Below the pieces are notes generated by a model. That model saw nothing but the letters and a program-made list of their open reading frames with translations, was not told the origin of the DNA and searched no databases. Below, piece by piece: positions 7,532-17,125 of a stretch of 32,000 nt of DNA. Both the position numbers and the translations under genes were made by a program. This stretch comes from Opitutales bacterium (GTDB taxonomy: Bacteria; Verrucomicrobiota; Verrucomicrobiia; Opitutales; Coraliomargaritaceae), in assembly GCA_049606355.1 (NCBI GenBank), contig JBMYVL010000011.1, forward strand, positions 6,057 through 38,056, written 5' to 3'. Numbering within the stretch: the first letter of the stretch is position 1; each line of letters starts with the position of its first letter.

Positions 7532-8605
7532 ATGGCCGCAAAAGCACAAATCAAAAAGACCGAACGCAGCCCCGAGGCTGACCGCAAGAATCTCGACCTC
7601 GCCATTTCCGGCATCAACAAACAGTTTGGGCCCGGCGCTTTGATGCGCCTGGGTGAGGCCACCAAAATGGAGGTGGATGTGATCTCGACCGGCTCCATCG
7701 CAATTGACCTGACCTTGGGTATCGGTGGGCTGCCCCGCGGCCGCATTTGTGAAATCTACGGACCAGAGAGTTCCGGTAAGACCACTTTTTGCCTGAGTGT
7801 GATCGCGCAAGCCCAGAAACAGGGCGGAAATGCGGTTTTTATCGACGTGGAACATGCGCTCGATCCGCGCTACGCCAAGGTCGTTGGCGTGGATTTGGAT
7901 AACCTCATGGTTTCGCAGCCGGAAAGCGGTGAAGATGCCCTCAATATCACCGAAACCCTGATTCGTTCCGGTGCGGTGGATATTATTGTAGTGGATTCAG
8001 TGGCAGCGCTTGTCTCCAAAAATGAGTTGGATGGGCAAATGGGTGACACCACCGTGGGCCTGCAGGCGCGCATGATGAGCCAAGCAATGCGCCGTCTGAC
8101 GGGCGCGATCAACAAAACCAACTGTGTGGTGCTGTTTACCAACCAAATTCGTGAAAAAATTGGGGTGATGTTCGGCAGCCCCGAAACCCAACCGGGTGGG
8201 CGCGCGTTGAAGTTCTTCTCTTCAGTACGCATGGATATACGCCGTATCGGTCAAATTAAGGAGTCGGCTGGAAAGGTCATCGGCAACCGTACGCGGCTCA
8301 AGGTGGTCAAAAACAAAGTCGCCCCACCCTTCACCGATTGCGAATTTGACATCATGTACAACGAGGGCATCTCCCACTCCGGCTCCCTGGTGGACCTCGG
8401 TGTCGAGCATAAGTTGTTGGAGAAGAAGGGTTCGTGGGTTGCCTACAACGGAGAGATGATCGGCCAGGGGCGTGAAGCGGCGAAACAGCACTTCATCGAC
8501 AATCCCGATATTGCGGATGAGCTGACCCGCTTGATTATGGAGAAGGTTCAGCCGAAGGCGGGCGAATCGCTCACCGGAGAGGCGGAACCGGCCGCCGCTT
8601 CTTAG
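7532..8605 (+). CDS. recA: recombinase RecA
   Basis: Walker A is GPESSGKTT, with [31 protein letters not shown] and [28 protein letters not shown]. The start is set at the ATG at 7532 (MAAKAQIKK...); the tracked start at 7493 is an upstream GTG. Confidence 0.97.
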   Translation: MAAKAQIKKTERSPEADRKNLDLAISGINKQFGPGALMRLGEATKMEVDVISTGSIAIDLTLGIGGLPRGRICEIYGPESSGKTTFCLSVIAQAQKQGGNAVFIDVEHALDPRYAKVVGVDLDNLMVSQPESGEDALNITETLIRSGAVDIIVVDSVAALVSKNELDGQMGDTTVGLQARMMSQAMRRLTGAINKTNCVVLFTNQIREKIGVMFGSPETQPGGRALKFFSSVRMDIRRIGQIKESAGKVIGNRTRLKVVKNKVAPPFTDCEFDIMYNEGISHSGSLVDLGVEHKLLEKKGSWVAYNGEMIGQGREAAKQHFIDNPDIADELTRLIMEKVQPKAGESLTGEAEPAAAS

Positions 8606-8723
8606 TGCCCTTCCAGTGCTTGCGTTTGAAGGGCCCGAGCGTCGGTTGCCGCCCCGGCTGTTGCTGCTGACTGCCGCATCGTACTTGACCCCCGCCGTGT
8701 TTCTTGGATCGTAACGGGCTTCT

Positions 8724-10085
8724 ATGTCCGTAACTGATACCATCGTAGCGCTCTCGACGCCCGTTGGCGAATCCGCCATTGCGCTGATTCGTCTTTCCGG
8801 GCCTGCTTGTCCGGCGATCGCTCAGGCGCTGCTGGGGCGTTCGCAAGCCTTGCAGCCGCGCTACGCATACTTTGGTAAGTATATTGACTGCAAGGGCTTA
8901 CATTTGGATGACGGTGTGTTTACGCTGTTCGAGCAGGGACGCTCGTTTACGGGAGAGGCGATGTTGGAGATCGCCCCACACGGCAATCCATTGATCGTCC
9001 AAAAGATTTTAGAAGATCTGTACGCGCGGGGTTGCCGCCCCGCTCAACCCGGCGAGTTCACGCGCACCGCGTTCTTGAATGGAAAGCTGGATCTCAGCCA
9101 GGCCGAAGCGGTCGCAGATCTCATCCGCGCGCGCTCGGAGCGCAGTATCGGAGTTGCACAGCGCCAATTGCACGGCTCCGTTGGGCGCAAAATGAGTGAA
9201 TTGACGGATGCGGTGCTGTCCGTCATGGCGCAGATTGAGGCGTATATTGATTTTCCGGAAGAAGATCTACCGGACGAGGAGCAAGCGGGACCCGCCCAAG
9301 ACTTGCGCGCGGTGATTCAGCAGTTGCGCAATCTTATTGAAACGCAGCACTACTCTGCCCTCCTACACGAGGGTATAAAGACCTTAATTGTCGGCGAACC
9401 AAACGTTGGGAAGAGTAGCCTTATCAACGCTCTAACCGGCTCTGAGCGTGCGATTGTGAGCGATGTGCCCGGAACGACGCGTGATTTCATCGCGTCGTTT
9501 CTGATGCTGGGTTCCTGGCGTATCGAGATTTTGGATACAGCAGGTTTACACGAGGCAGGGGATGCGATTGAGCAGATTGGCATTCAACACACGATCGAGC
9601 AGGCAGAAACGGCGGACTTCTTCCTTTTGGTACTCGATGCGACCACTCCCTCCCCCACCCTGCCGGCGTCTTTGTTGGCGCGAATGACACCGAAGAACAC
9701 CCTGATTCTAGAGAATAAGACCGATCTGGCGGCGGCCCGCGACCACGGGGAGTTTTTGCCGGAGTTGACGCACTGTGCCCTCTCCCTTAAAACTCAGGAT
9801 GGCCTGCAGGCCTTTCGTGACGCATGGTTGGCAGCGATTGACGCTGGCCTACAGGAACCGATCGGCACGGATGGCGTCGTCGTCAATGCACGGCATGCGG
9901 CTGCGCTGGCGGAATCGGCCGCTGCGCTGGAAGCTGCGGCGACGAAACTCAAGGAAGGTGAATTATCGGAGCTGATCGCGGCTGACTTGCGCGACGCGGT
10001 TGAATCCATTGGCGCGGTGGTTGGCCGTGTCGACAATGAACGCATGCTGGATCGTTTGTTTCAGCAATTTTGTATCGGGAAATGA
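8724..10085 (+). CDS. mnmE: tRNA uridine-5-carboxymethylaminomethyl modification GTPase MnmE (TrmE)
   Basis: The N-terminus is [22 protein letters not shown]. The G domain shows [14 protein letters not shown] (G1), DTAG (G3) and ENKTD (G4). The protein ends in the diagnostic C-terminal FCIGK. Confidence 0.95.
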   Translation: MSVTDTIVALSTPVGESAIALIRLSGPACPAIAQALLGRSQALQPRYAYFGKYIDCKGLHLDDGVFTLFEQGRSFTGEAMLEIAPHGNPLIVQKILEDLYARGCRPAQPGEFTRTAFLNGKLDLSQAEAVADLIRARSERSIGVAQRQLHGSVGRKMSELTDAVLSVMAQIEAYIDFPEEDLPDEEQAGPAQDLRAVIQQLRNLIETQHYSALLHEGIKTLIVGEPNVGKSSLINALTGSERAIVSDVPGTTRDFIASFLMLGSWRIEILDTAGLHEAGDAIEQIGIQHTIEQAETADFFLLVLDATTPSPTLPASLLARMTPKNTLILENKTDLAAARDHGEFLPELTHCALSLKTQDGLQAFRDAWLAAIDAGLQEPIGTDGVVVNARHAAALAESAAALEAAATKLKEGELSELIAADLRDAVESIGAVVGRVDNERMLDRLFQQFCIGK

Positions 10086-12004
10086 GCGGAGGTTTGCGGC
10101 ACGGGCCCCAGCAGCCCTATGATGTGATTGTCTGCGGTGGTGGCCACGCGGGCGCTGAAGCCGCGCTGGCAGCGGCGCGCCTGGGCGCGGCGACCTTGCT
10201 CCTGACCGGCAATTTGGACACCGTCGCGCAGATGAGCTGCAATCCCGCAATTGGCGGCCAGGCCAAGGGGCACATGGTGCGTGAAATCGATGCCCTCGGG
10301 GGCGAGATGGCGGTCAATACCGACACCACCGCCATACAGTTTCGTTTGCTGAACGCCAGCAAGGGCCCCGCCGTGCAGGCGCCGCGCGCGCAGTGCGACA
10401 AGAAGGCCTACCAGTACCGGATGAAGCACGTGTTGGAGTTGCAGGCCAATCTCGACCTGTTTCAGGCGACGGTGGACAAGCTGATTTACCGCAATGGCGC
10501 CGCAGTCGGGGTGTCCACCAACCTGGAGGTCGATTTTTATGCGCAAACCGTGGTGGTGACCACGGGCACCTTTTTGCGCGGCCTGATGCACGTCGGGCAA
10601 AACAAGAACGAGGGCGGGCGCATGGGCGACTTCAGCGCCAAGGGGCTGTCGGCCTCCTTCCTGGAGGCGGGCATTGAGCTGCAGCGCCTTAAAACCGGCA
10701 CGCCCGCGCGCATTCTGGGCAGCAGCATCGATTTCAGCCAACTGGAGGAGCAGCGCGGCGACGCGCAACCGACCCTGTTTGGCTTTTACGACACCCGCGG
10801 CATGGCGGACGCGTTCCACGTGGAACCCTCGGCCGCCGGAGCCGCGGCGCAGGAACTGTTCCACGTGGAACACCGCGGCCAGCGCAAGTTGGGCTGGCTG
10901 CCGGGCCAGGACCAGGTCTCCTGCTGGATCACCTACACCAGTGCGGCCACCCAGGCGGTGGTGCGCGACAACCTGCACCTGTCGGCGATGTACTCCGGCG
11001 AAATTGAGGGCACCGGGCCGCGCTACTGCCCGAGCATCGAAGATAAATTCGTGCGCTTTGCCGACAAGGACCGCCACATGCTGTTTCTCGAGCCGGAAGG
11101 GCGCCACACCAACGAGTGGTACATCAACGGCCTGTCGACCAGCTTGCCCTTCGCGGTGCAGTTGCAAATGCTGCGCAGCATCCCCGGCCTGGAGCAGGTG
11201 CACATGTTGCGCCCAGCCTATGCGGTCGAGTATGATTTTGCGCCGCCCACACAGCTGTATCCCTCGCTGGAATCGAAACGGGTGGAGAATTTGTTCTTCG
11301 CCGGGCAGATCAACGGCACCTCTGGCTACGAGGAGGCCGCGGCGCAGGGCCTGCTGGCTGGCGTGAATGCCGTGCAAAAGCTGCGGGGAGGGGAGCCGCT
11401 GGTGCTGCAGCGCCACGAGGCTTACATCGGCGTGTTGATTGACGATTTGGTCACCAAGGGCACACAGGAGCCCTACCGTATGTTTACCAGCCGCGCCGAG
11501 CACCGTTTGCTGTTCAACCACGGCAGCGCCGAGTTGCGCCTACTGGCGCACAGCAAGCGTTTGGGCCTGGTCGACTCGGCCCGAATGGAGCGCATGGAGC
11601 TCAAGCAGCAGCTCGTGGAGGACTGGGTGGCTCGCATGGAGACAGAGCGCACTGGTGGTCAGCTGTATGCGGATTGCTTGCGCCGCACGCGCTCGCAGGC
11701 GGACTTTCCCGCAGAGCTGCAGGCGGCTTCGGCCAGCGTGCGCGACGAAGTTTACTACCGCGTGGTCTTTCGCGGCTACCTGGAGCGCGAGGCCAAGCAA
11801 ATTGAGAAAATGCGCCACGTAGACCGCATAAAAATTCCAGAAGACATTGATTATAAGTTGGTTGCAGGCTTAAGGCAGGAGAGTGCCGAGAAGCTCACGC
11901 ACATCGCGCCGCGCACGCTGGGGCAGGCGAGTCGTATCAGCGGCGTCAACCCCGCGGACATCAGTATCCTCATGGTGTATCTGGAGTCCCGCTGCAAAGC
12001 GTGA
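10082..12004 (+). CDS. mnmG: tRNA uridine-5-carboxymethylaminomethyl modification enzyme MnmG (GidA)
   Basis: The FAD-binding N-terminus is [16 protein letters not shown], followed by [36 protein letters not shown] and [19 protein letters not shown]. The ATG at 10082 overlaps the mnmE stop as ATGA, which suggests translational coupling. The tracked start at 10070 is a TTG. Confidence 0.95.
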   Translation: MSGGLRHGPQQPYDVIVCGGGHAGAEAALAAARLGAATLLLTGNLDTVAQMSCNPAIGGQAKGHMVREIDALGGEMAVNTDTTAIQFRLLNASKGPAVQAPRAQCDKKAYQYRMKHVLELQANLDLFQATVDKLIYRNGAAVGVSTNLEVDFYAQTVVVTTGTFLRGLMHVGQNKNEGGRMGDFSAKGLSASFLEAGIELQRLKTGTPARILGSSIDFSQLEEQRGDAQPTLFGFYDTRGMADAFHVEPSAAGAAAQELFHVEHRGQRKLGWLPGQDQVSCWITYTSAATQAVVRDNLHLSAMYSGEIEGTGPRYCPSIEDKFVRFADKDRHMLFLEPEGRHTNEWYINGLSTSLPFAVQLQMLRSIPGLEQVHMLRPAYAVEYDFAPPTQLYPSLESKRVENLFFAGQINGTSGYEEAAAQGLLAGVNAVQKLRGGEPLVLQRHEAYIGVLIDDLVTKGTQEPYRMFTSRAEHRLLFNHGSAELRLLAHSKRLGLVDSARMERMELKQQLVEDWVARMETERTGGQLYADCLRRTRSQADFPAELQAASASVRDEVYYRVVFRGYLEREAKQIEKMRHVDRIKIPEDIDYKLVAGLRQESAEKLTHIAPRTLGQASRISGVNPADISILMVYLESRCKA

Positions 12005-12229
12005 ACCTTTGAGGGTATTTTAAAGTCTTCTTGTGTGGCAACAGCGGCCGGAAGTGTGGCTATTGAGTGACGAGACCGTGACGACAGGGTTAAATTTTGA
12101 GTATTATGCTTTTTTGCCATATTAAATAATTGATGTGCAATCGCTTGTTTACCATTTTGCTGAATGATCAGATTGTCCGATAACTTTGTAAGAAGTTACT
12201 TAACAATAATTTAGATCAATCATTAAGTT

Positions 12230-12934
12230 ATGTCCACCAATCCCCCTAAGCGAATCTTAGTCGTTGATGATGAGCCGGATGTCACCGAGTTGTTGAAGTA
12301 CCAGCTGGATCAGGCGGGCTACCGCTGTGAAATTTTGAATGATCCGCTGGCGTTTGTTGGGTGCTCGCGGGAATTTAAGCCGGACTTAATAATCTTAGAT
12401 ATCATGATGCCTGAATTGAGCGGCATTCAGTTGTGTCGCATCGCGCGTTCAGACCCCAGCATGCGTGCGATTCCAATTATTTTCCTGACGGCGCGCGGCG
12501 AGGCCGAAGATCGTGTCAAAGGGCTCGAAGTAGGCGCGGACGACTACATCCCTAAGCCGTTTAGCATCAAAGAGTTGGTTTTGCGCGTCGGAAACGTGTT
12601 GAAGCGCGGGCAGGAACCCAGCGAGCAGGGTGTCGCCTCGCGTATCGAAATAGGTGGCGTCGTGATTGACCAGGAACTCCATGAGGTGCAGGTGGACGGA
12701 AGGGGTGTCACCCTGACCGCGACCGAATTCCGCTTGTTGAAGTTATTGATGGAGCGCAAGGGGCGCGTGCAGTCGCGTGAGAACTTGCTGGTGAATGTGT
12801 GGCATTATGATAGCGATATCGAAACGCGTACTGTCGACACACATGTGCGGCGCTTACGTGAGAAATTAGGCCCTTGTGCGCATTTGATCGAGACGGTGCG
12901 CGGGGTGGGGTACCGCGCCGTTGAAATCGAATGA
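12230..12934 (+). CDS. OmpR/PhoB-family two-component response regulator
   Basis: The receiver domain shows ILVVDDEPD, LIILDIMMPELSG and DDYIPKPF. The winged-helix output domain shows LTATEFRLLKLL, RTVDTHVRRLREKL and VRGVGYR. Confidence 0.9.
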   Translation: MSTNPPKRILVVDDEPDVTELLKYQLDQAGYRCEILNDPLAFVGCSREFKPDLIILDIMMPELSGIQLCRIARSDPSMRAIPIIFLTARGEAEDRVKGLEVGADDYIPKPFSIKELVLRVGNVLKRGQEPSEQGVASRIEIGGVVIDQELHEVQVDGRGVTLTATEFRLLKLLMERKGRVQSRENLLVNVWHYDSDIETRTVDTHVRRLREKLGPCAHLIETVRGVGYRAVEIE

Positions 12935-14232
12935 CTGTATTCTTCATTTTGCTGAGCCTTGGTCTTGCCGGTATCCTATGGCAGTACGTTCAAATAGTAC
13001 GACGCACCGTGCGGGAGCTGCAGACGGCCTTACGCGAGCGTCGACGCCTGCTGTTCACGGAGTCGTCATCACTGATTAAACGTTTGGGTCTCGAAGGGCT
13101 CGTCACGGAGGTCAATGCGCACATCGACCGATCGAACGCCTTCGCCGAAGAAACGGTCGGTTATTCCAATCAAATTGAGGCGACCTTAGGCTCGATTCAG
13201 GAAGCGGTCCTTATCTTTGACGGGGAGCGGACCATTGAATTCGCCAACGAGTCGGCGCAGCGGCTCTTTCGTCAAGGACGTCGCCTAAAGGGAGAGCGCT
13301 TGGAGTCGGTATTGCGTTCCAGTAGTTTGCTGGAGTTTTTGGAGCAGTATCAGCAAAATCCGAATGCACCACTCACGCAGGTAAGCGTGGAGCGTCGTGG
13401 AGAATCGCTCTGGTTTGAAGTGTCTTGTTCTCGGGTGTGTGTGGATGCCGGGCAGCCGTCCAAGTCGACGCTGCTCGTGCTTCACGACATCACCCGCCTG
13501 AAAAGCCTCGAGATGGTACGCCGCGATTTTGTCGCCAATGTGTCTCACGAACTACGTACGCCGTTAACCATTATCAAGGGCTTCGCCGAGACGCTGGTGG
13601 CTGACAATGGCACACTTCCGGTGGCTGCGCGGGCCCGGTTTTTGGATAAAATCCTCAATAGCGCGCAGCGCTTGCATGTGCTGGTCGAGGATTTGCTGAC
13701 CTTGTCGCGCCTGGAGTCGAAGCCGGAACAGATTGATACGAAGGTACAGTCCTTGCGGCAGGTATTGGAGGAAACTGCAGAAAATTATCGCGCTCGCTTA
13801 AACGGAACGGCGCAATCGATCGACATTGAGTACGACGAGCGGGTGGGGGATTTTGCCTTTGATCGCTTTCGCATTCAACAAGTTGTGGATAATTTGGTGG
13901 AGAATGTATTTCGCTACGCACCTGAGTTTACACGGCTTACGCTAAGGGTCGCCTACGACCCGAAACGCAAGCACGTGGCCTGCGAGGTACACGACGATGG
14001 TCCGGGCATTCCGAGTAAAGACCTGCCGCATATTTTCGAGCGTTTCTACCGTGTGGATAAGGGGCGTTCGCGCGAACGCGGGGGCACCGGACTCGGGCTC
14101 AGTATTATGAAGCACATCATACAGTTGCACGGTGGGCATGTCTCCGCGCAGAGTGAGCTGGGAGTGGGCACTCGCATCCATTTCCATCTGCCCTATGTGC
14201 AGCACCCGAAAGAGTTGACTGCTGCAGGCTAG
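12931..14232 (+). CDS. sensor histidine kinase, PhoR-like (one N-terminal TM segment, PAS-like domain, HisKA, HATPase)
   Basis: The H-box is RRDFVANVSHELRTPLT, the N-box is DNLVENVFRY, the G1 box is HDDGPGI and the G2 box is GGTGLGLSI. The N-terminus MTVFFILLSLGLAGILW is a single hydrophobic segment. The ATG overlaps the regulator stop as ATGA. Confidence 0.9.
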   Translation: MTVFFILLSLGLAGILWQYVQIVRRTVRELQTALRERRRLLFTESSSLIKRLGLEGLVTEVNAHIDRSNAFAEETVGYSNQIEATLGSIQEAVLIFDGERTIEFANESAQRLFRQGRRLKGERLESVLRSSSLLEFLEQYQQNPNAPLTQVSVERRGESLWFEVSCSRVCVDAGQPSKSTLLVLHDITRLKSLEMVRRDFVANVSHELRTPLTIIKGFAETLVADNGTLPVAARARFLDKILNSAQRLHVLVEDLLTLSRLESKPEQIDTKVQSLRQVLEETAENYRARLNGTAQSIDIEYDERVGDFAFDRFRIQQVVDNLVENVFRYAPEFTRLTLRVAYDPKRKHVACEVHDDGPGIPSKDLPHIFERFYRVDKGRSRERGGTGLGLSIMKHIIQLHGGHVSAQSELGVGTRIHFHLPYVQHPKELTAAG

Positions 14233-14280
14233 GGGACGGCGCTTGACCTTTTTGGGGCACGCAGTGCATAACCGCTGCCC

Positions 14281-14880
14281 ATGGAGATGTCAGACGGATA
14301 CGCGAAGGAGTTGGAGAAGCAACGGCTCCGCAAAGCAGCTTTGTTGGAGGCCTGTGAGACGGCATTGGCGTCGACGGACCGCATTCTTTTTGAGGCGGGT
14401 TGCGGGCACGGGCACTGGTTGACGAGCTATGCGGAAGCGAATCCGCAGGAGACTTGCGTGGGGATCGATTTAATCTCGCACCGTATCCGCAAGGGGCAGG
14501 AGAAGTGTGCGAAACGCGGACTACAGAATGTACAGTTTATCAAAGCGGAATTGGGGGAGTTTTTAGAGGTGCTACCCGAGCGAATTCGATTCGACCGCAC
14601 CGTGTTACTCTTCCCTGATCCGTGGCCGAAGGCGAGGCATCACCGCCGGCGGATGGTCCAGACCGAATTGTTGGATACGCTCGCAGCTCGTACCGATCCC
14701 GGCGGCTGGTTCTGCTTCCGGTCTGACGATCGTCCGTATTATGAGTGGACCGTGGAACTTTTGCAGGCCCATCCTTTATGGGAAATCGATGCGAGTGCCG
14801 GCTGGCCGCACGAAATGGAGACTTATTTCCAGAGCCTGATGTCGGACTACACCTCTGTAATTGCGCGCCGCTGCGACTAG
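14281..14880 (+). CDS. trmB: tRNA (guanine46-N7)-methyltransferase TrmB
   Basis: The SAM-binding motif is EAGCGHGHW and the signature [14 protein letters not shown] is present. The size (199 aa) is typical. Confidence 0.9.
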   Translation: MEMSDGYAKELEKQRLRKAALLEACETALASTDRILFEAGCGHGHWLTSYAEANPQETCVGIDLISHRIRKGQEKCAKRGLQNVQFIKAELGEFLEVLPERIRFDRTVLLFPDPWPKARHHRRRMVQTELLDTLAARTDPGGWFCFRSDDRPYYEWTVELLQAHPLWEIDASAGWPHEMETYFQSLMSDYTSVIARRCD

Positions 14881-15143
14881 AAAAGGTCGAGCCAAAGAAT
14901 CAAGGCGAGCTGCGCGATCACTGCCACCGCGAAGAGGCTGTAAGTAAAAAGCAGAAACCAATCGGCAGCCAGCCGCCGTTCGCGCGCGCTTCGTGGTCTC
15001 GATGCAGGGCCTTCGCCGTCTGCCGGGAGAAAGCCACCGTCCCGCTCGCGCAGTTTGGTAATTTGATCGGTGAGATTGGGTGGGCTAACCATCGCTAGTA
15101 GTAGGGTGGGCGATTGCGCGTCGAGCGCAAGCCAAGAGACCAT
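14877..15143 (-). CDS. possible small tail-anchored membrane protein (hypothetical)
   Basis: This 88-aa ORF has ATG codons at 15143 and 15092 and a single C-terminal hydrophobic helix ([27 protein letters not shown]). It fills an otherwise 406-nt trmB-atpB gap. Its TAG shares nucleotides with the trmB TAG in the palindrome CTAG. I recognise no homology. Confidence 0.3.
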   Translation of the reverse strand: MVSWLALDAQSPTLLLAMVSPPNLTDQITKLRERDGGFLPADGEGPASRPRSARERRLAADWFLLFTYSLFAVAVIAQLALILWLDLF

Positions 15144-15205
15144 CGTCCCAAGTCATAAGAGTTATAAGATTAGCTAATCCTGTCCGCGGCAATGTAATTC
15201 AGAGA

Positions 15206-15235
15206 TTGACGTGCAAATCCGCGCCCGCCATTAAA
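15206..15235 (+). promoter_or_regulatory. candidate sigma70-like promoter for the atp operon
   Basis: TTGACG at 15206-15211 is followed by an 18-nt spacer and ATTAAA at 15230-15235, about 50 nt upstream of the atpB start. This is a pattern match only, and promoter consensus for this lineage is unknown to me. Confidence 0.2.
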
Positions 15236-15286
15236 GTCCACTTTTTCGGCAGCCAGCCGTTTGAAATCACCGATTAAACGTTCTGA

Positions 15287-16132
15287 GTGAACAAGTTATT
15301 CCCCACCATTTTTTTAACCGCAACCACGACCACCGCGCTGCAAGCAGGTGAGGGTGGCGTGAGCCCGTCGCCGTATCAGTTGACGGAAGTCCTGGGGCTA
15401 CCGTTGACGAACTCGATTGTGACGACGTGGGCAATCTCGCTGCTATTGATCGTAGCCATCCGATTGTTGGTCGGATCGCCGAAACTGATCCCCGGCAAGT
15501 GGCAGGCGGTACTCGAAAGCATTATCGATGGGCTCAAGGGGCTGCTGGAGCCGATTGTCGGCAAGAAAGCCTTTCCACTGACCTTTCCGCTCCTCATGGG
15601 GCTCTTTTTGTTCATCTTGATCCATAATTGGAGCGGCTTGATTCCCGGCGTGGGTGCCTTTGGTTTCTATGATGCCCAGGGCCACTTAAAGTATTGGATG
15701 CGCCCGGCCAATGCGGACCTGAATGCAACACTCGGCATGGCGCTGGTCGCAATGGGCGCCTGGCTCTTCATCAGTCTGCGGGTGGCAGGCGCGAAATTCT
15801 TTGTTTGGGAGTTGTTTGGCAACAAGGCCGACAAGAAGGAAACGCCGGCACCCATATACTTAATGCTGGCGCCGATATTCCTAATGGTGGGCGTCATTGA
15901 AATCGTTTCGATCTGCTTCCGCCCGGTTTCGCTATCGTTCCGCTTGTTTGGCAATGTCTTTGGTGGCGAGAACCTGCTGACGAGCATGACCGGCATGGCG
16001 CCGTATCTGGTACCGGTGCCCTTTTATTTCTACGAAGTCCTTGTGGGTGTCGTGCAGGCACTCATTTTCACTCTGCTGGTCGCGATCTATATCGGCCTGA
16101 TGACCAACCACGACGAAGACCACGCACACTAA
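15287..16132 (+). CDS. atpB: F0F1 ATP synthase subunit a
   Basis: It contains the conserved Arg motif [14 protein letters not shown], is a multi-pass membrane protein, and is the first gene of the operon. It has a GTG start with no upstream in-frame ATG. Confidence 0.92.
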   Translation: MNKLFPTIFLTATTTTALQAGEGGVSPSPYQLTEVLGLPLTNSIVTTWAISLLLIVAIRLLVGSPKLIPGKWQAVLESIIDGLKGLLEPIVGKKAFPLTFPLLMGLFLFILIHNWSGLIPGVGAFGFYDAQGHLKYWMRPANADLNATLGMALVAMGAWLFISLRVAGAKFFVWELFGNKADKKETPAPIYLMLAPIFLMVGVIEIVSICFRPVSLSFRLFGNVFGGENLLTSMTGMAPYLVPVPFYFYEVLVGVVQALIFTLLVAIYIGLMTNHDEDHAH

Positions 16133-16208
16133 GCACTTTCCGTGTCCGTGACCATGTAGCAAATCGTGGGCGGCGCTGAAACCAACTAACAATCAACACA
16201 ATACAATT

Positions 16209-16415
16209 ATGTTCGAAATCCTCGCAGAAATTACTGGTAAGATTCACGTCGCGGCGGCTGCCCTGGCAGTGCCCGTTGGCATTGGCTTGATTGGCCTGAA
16301 AGCCTGTGAATCCGTTGGCCGTAACCCGGAAGCCGCAACGAAGGTTCTGGTGCAGTCCATTATCGCGATGGCGTTTGCCGAAGCGATCGTGTTCTTCGCG
16401 ATCTTCCTTGGCTAG
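16209..16415 (+). CDS. atpE: F0F1 ATP synthase subunit c
   Basis: This 68-aa hairpin proteolipid has the loop ESVGRNPEA and the carboxylate helix AMAFAEAIVFFAIFL. Confidence 0.93.
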   Translation: MFEILAEITGKIHVAAAALAVPVGIGLIGLKACESVGRNPEAATKVLVQSIIAMAFAEAIVFFAIFLG

Positions 16416-16433
16416 GCTGAACCTGAATGATTT

Positions 16434-16484
16434 TGCCGGCGACTCGGGGCATCTCCTGGAGTCGTCGGCATCTTTTAATTTTTT
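16434..16484 (+). terminator. intrinsic-terminator-like hairpin plus T-rich tract between atpE and atpF (possible intra-operon attenuator)
   Basis: tgccggcgactc (16434-16445) pairs with gagtcgtcggca (16459-16470), giving 12 bp including one G-U. The loop is 13 nt and is followed by tcttttaatttttt (16471-16484). Confidence 0.5.
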
Positions 16485-16499
16485 CCTCCCGTACCCGCT

Positions 16500-17105
16500 A
16501 TGAAGGCTAGCACAGTCACCTTACTTTTTACGCTCTTACTTCCGATGGCACTTTGTGCCGCCGCGCCACAAGAGGTGCCCGCAACGGAGGGTGTCATCGC
16601 CGACATCGCCGGGAAGTTTGGTGTGACATGGCCGACCTTGGTCGCGCAGATGGTAAACTTCATCTTGGTTGCGGCAGTTTTGTATAAATTTGCGGTGAAG
16701 CCCATTGCTGCGACGCTCGAAGAGCGCCAGCAGAAGATCGCCGAAGGCTTACAGTATGCAGAGGAAATGAAGACTCAATTGGCCGAAGCTGAGCGCGAGC
16801 GCGCCGAGAAGGTCAAGGAAGCGGCTGCGGAAGCGCAGCGCATCCTCAGTGAGTCACGCGAGCAATCCAAAGAGATGATCGAGCAAAAGACGCAAGAGGC
16901 GGCCGCACAAGCTGAAGCGATCATCCGCAAGGCCAGCGAAGCCACGGAGCTCGAGCGCCAAAAAATGCTTTCCGACGTGCGTCAGGAAGTCGCCCGCCTC
17001 GTCGTCGCAACCACCGGCAAGGTACTGAGCCGCGATCTGTCCGACAGTGAGAAGGCGAGCTTCTCCGATGCTGCGGCGAAGGAATTGGCCGGCACGCAAA
17101 ATTAA
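16500..17105 (+). CDS. atpF: F0F1 ATP synthase subunit b
   Basis: A TM segment ([26 protein letters not shown]) is followed by a long charged coiled coil ([31 protein letters not shown]...). An additional signal-peptide-like N-terminus is present ([23 protein letters not shown]). Confidence 0.88.
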   Translation: MKASTVTLLFTLLLPMALCAAAPQEVPATEGVIADIAGKFGVTWPTLVAQMVNFILVAAVLYKFAVKPIAATLEERQQKIAEGLQYAEEMKTQLAEAERERAEKVKEAAAEAQRILSESREQSKEMIEQKTQEAAAQAEAIIRKASEATELERQKMLSDVRQEVARLVVATTGKVLSRDLSDSEKASFSDAAAKELAGTQN

Positions 17106-17125
17106 TCGCTTAAGATTCGAACGAA

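Noticed and set aside
8607-8634. A hairpin after recA (gcccttc-N14-gaagggc) as a possible terminator.
   Set aside because: The stem is only 7 bp with a 14-nt loop and no downstream T-tract. That is too weak to call, and read-through into mnmE is equally plausible.
10061-11521. A 486-aa ORF on the minus strand, which would be one of the longer ORFs in the window.
   Set aside because: It lies entirely antisense to mnmG, whose product has unmistakable GidA motifs. Its translation is a low-complexity Arg/Ala/Gly/Leu/Gln-rich string typical of shadow frames in a GC3-rich gene.
10082-12004. mnmG appears more GC-rich (my line samples give about 58-80%, mean about 67%) than mnmE (about 58%) and the two-component genes (about 55%), which might suggest horizontal replacement.
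   Set aside because: metH samples are similarly high (about 63-65%), and the estimates come from a handful of 60-nt lines. Ordinary gene-to-gene GC3 variation explains the difference, and there are no flanking mobility signatures.
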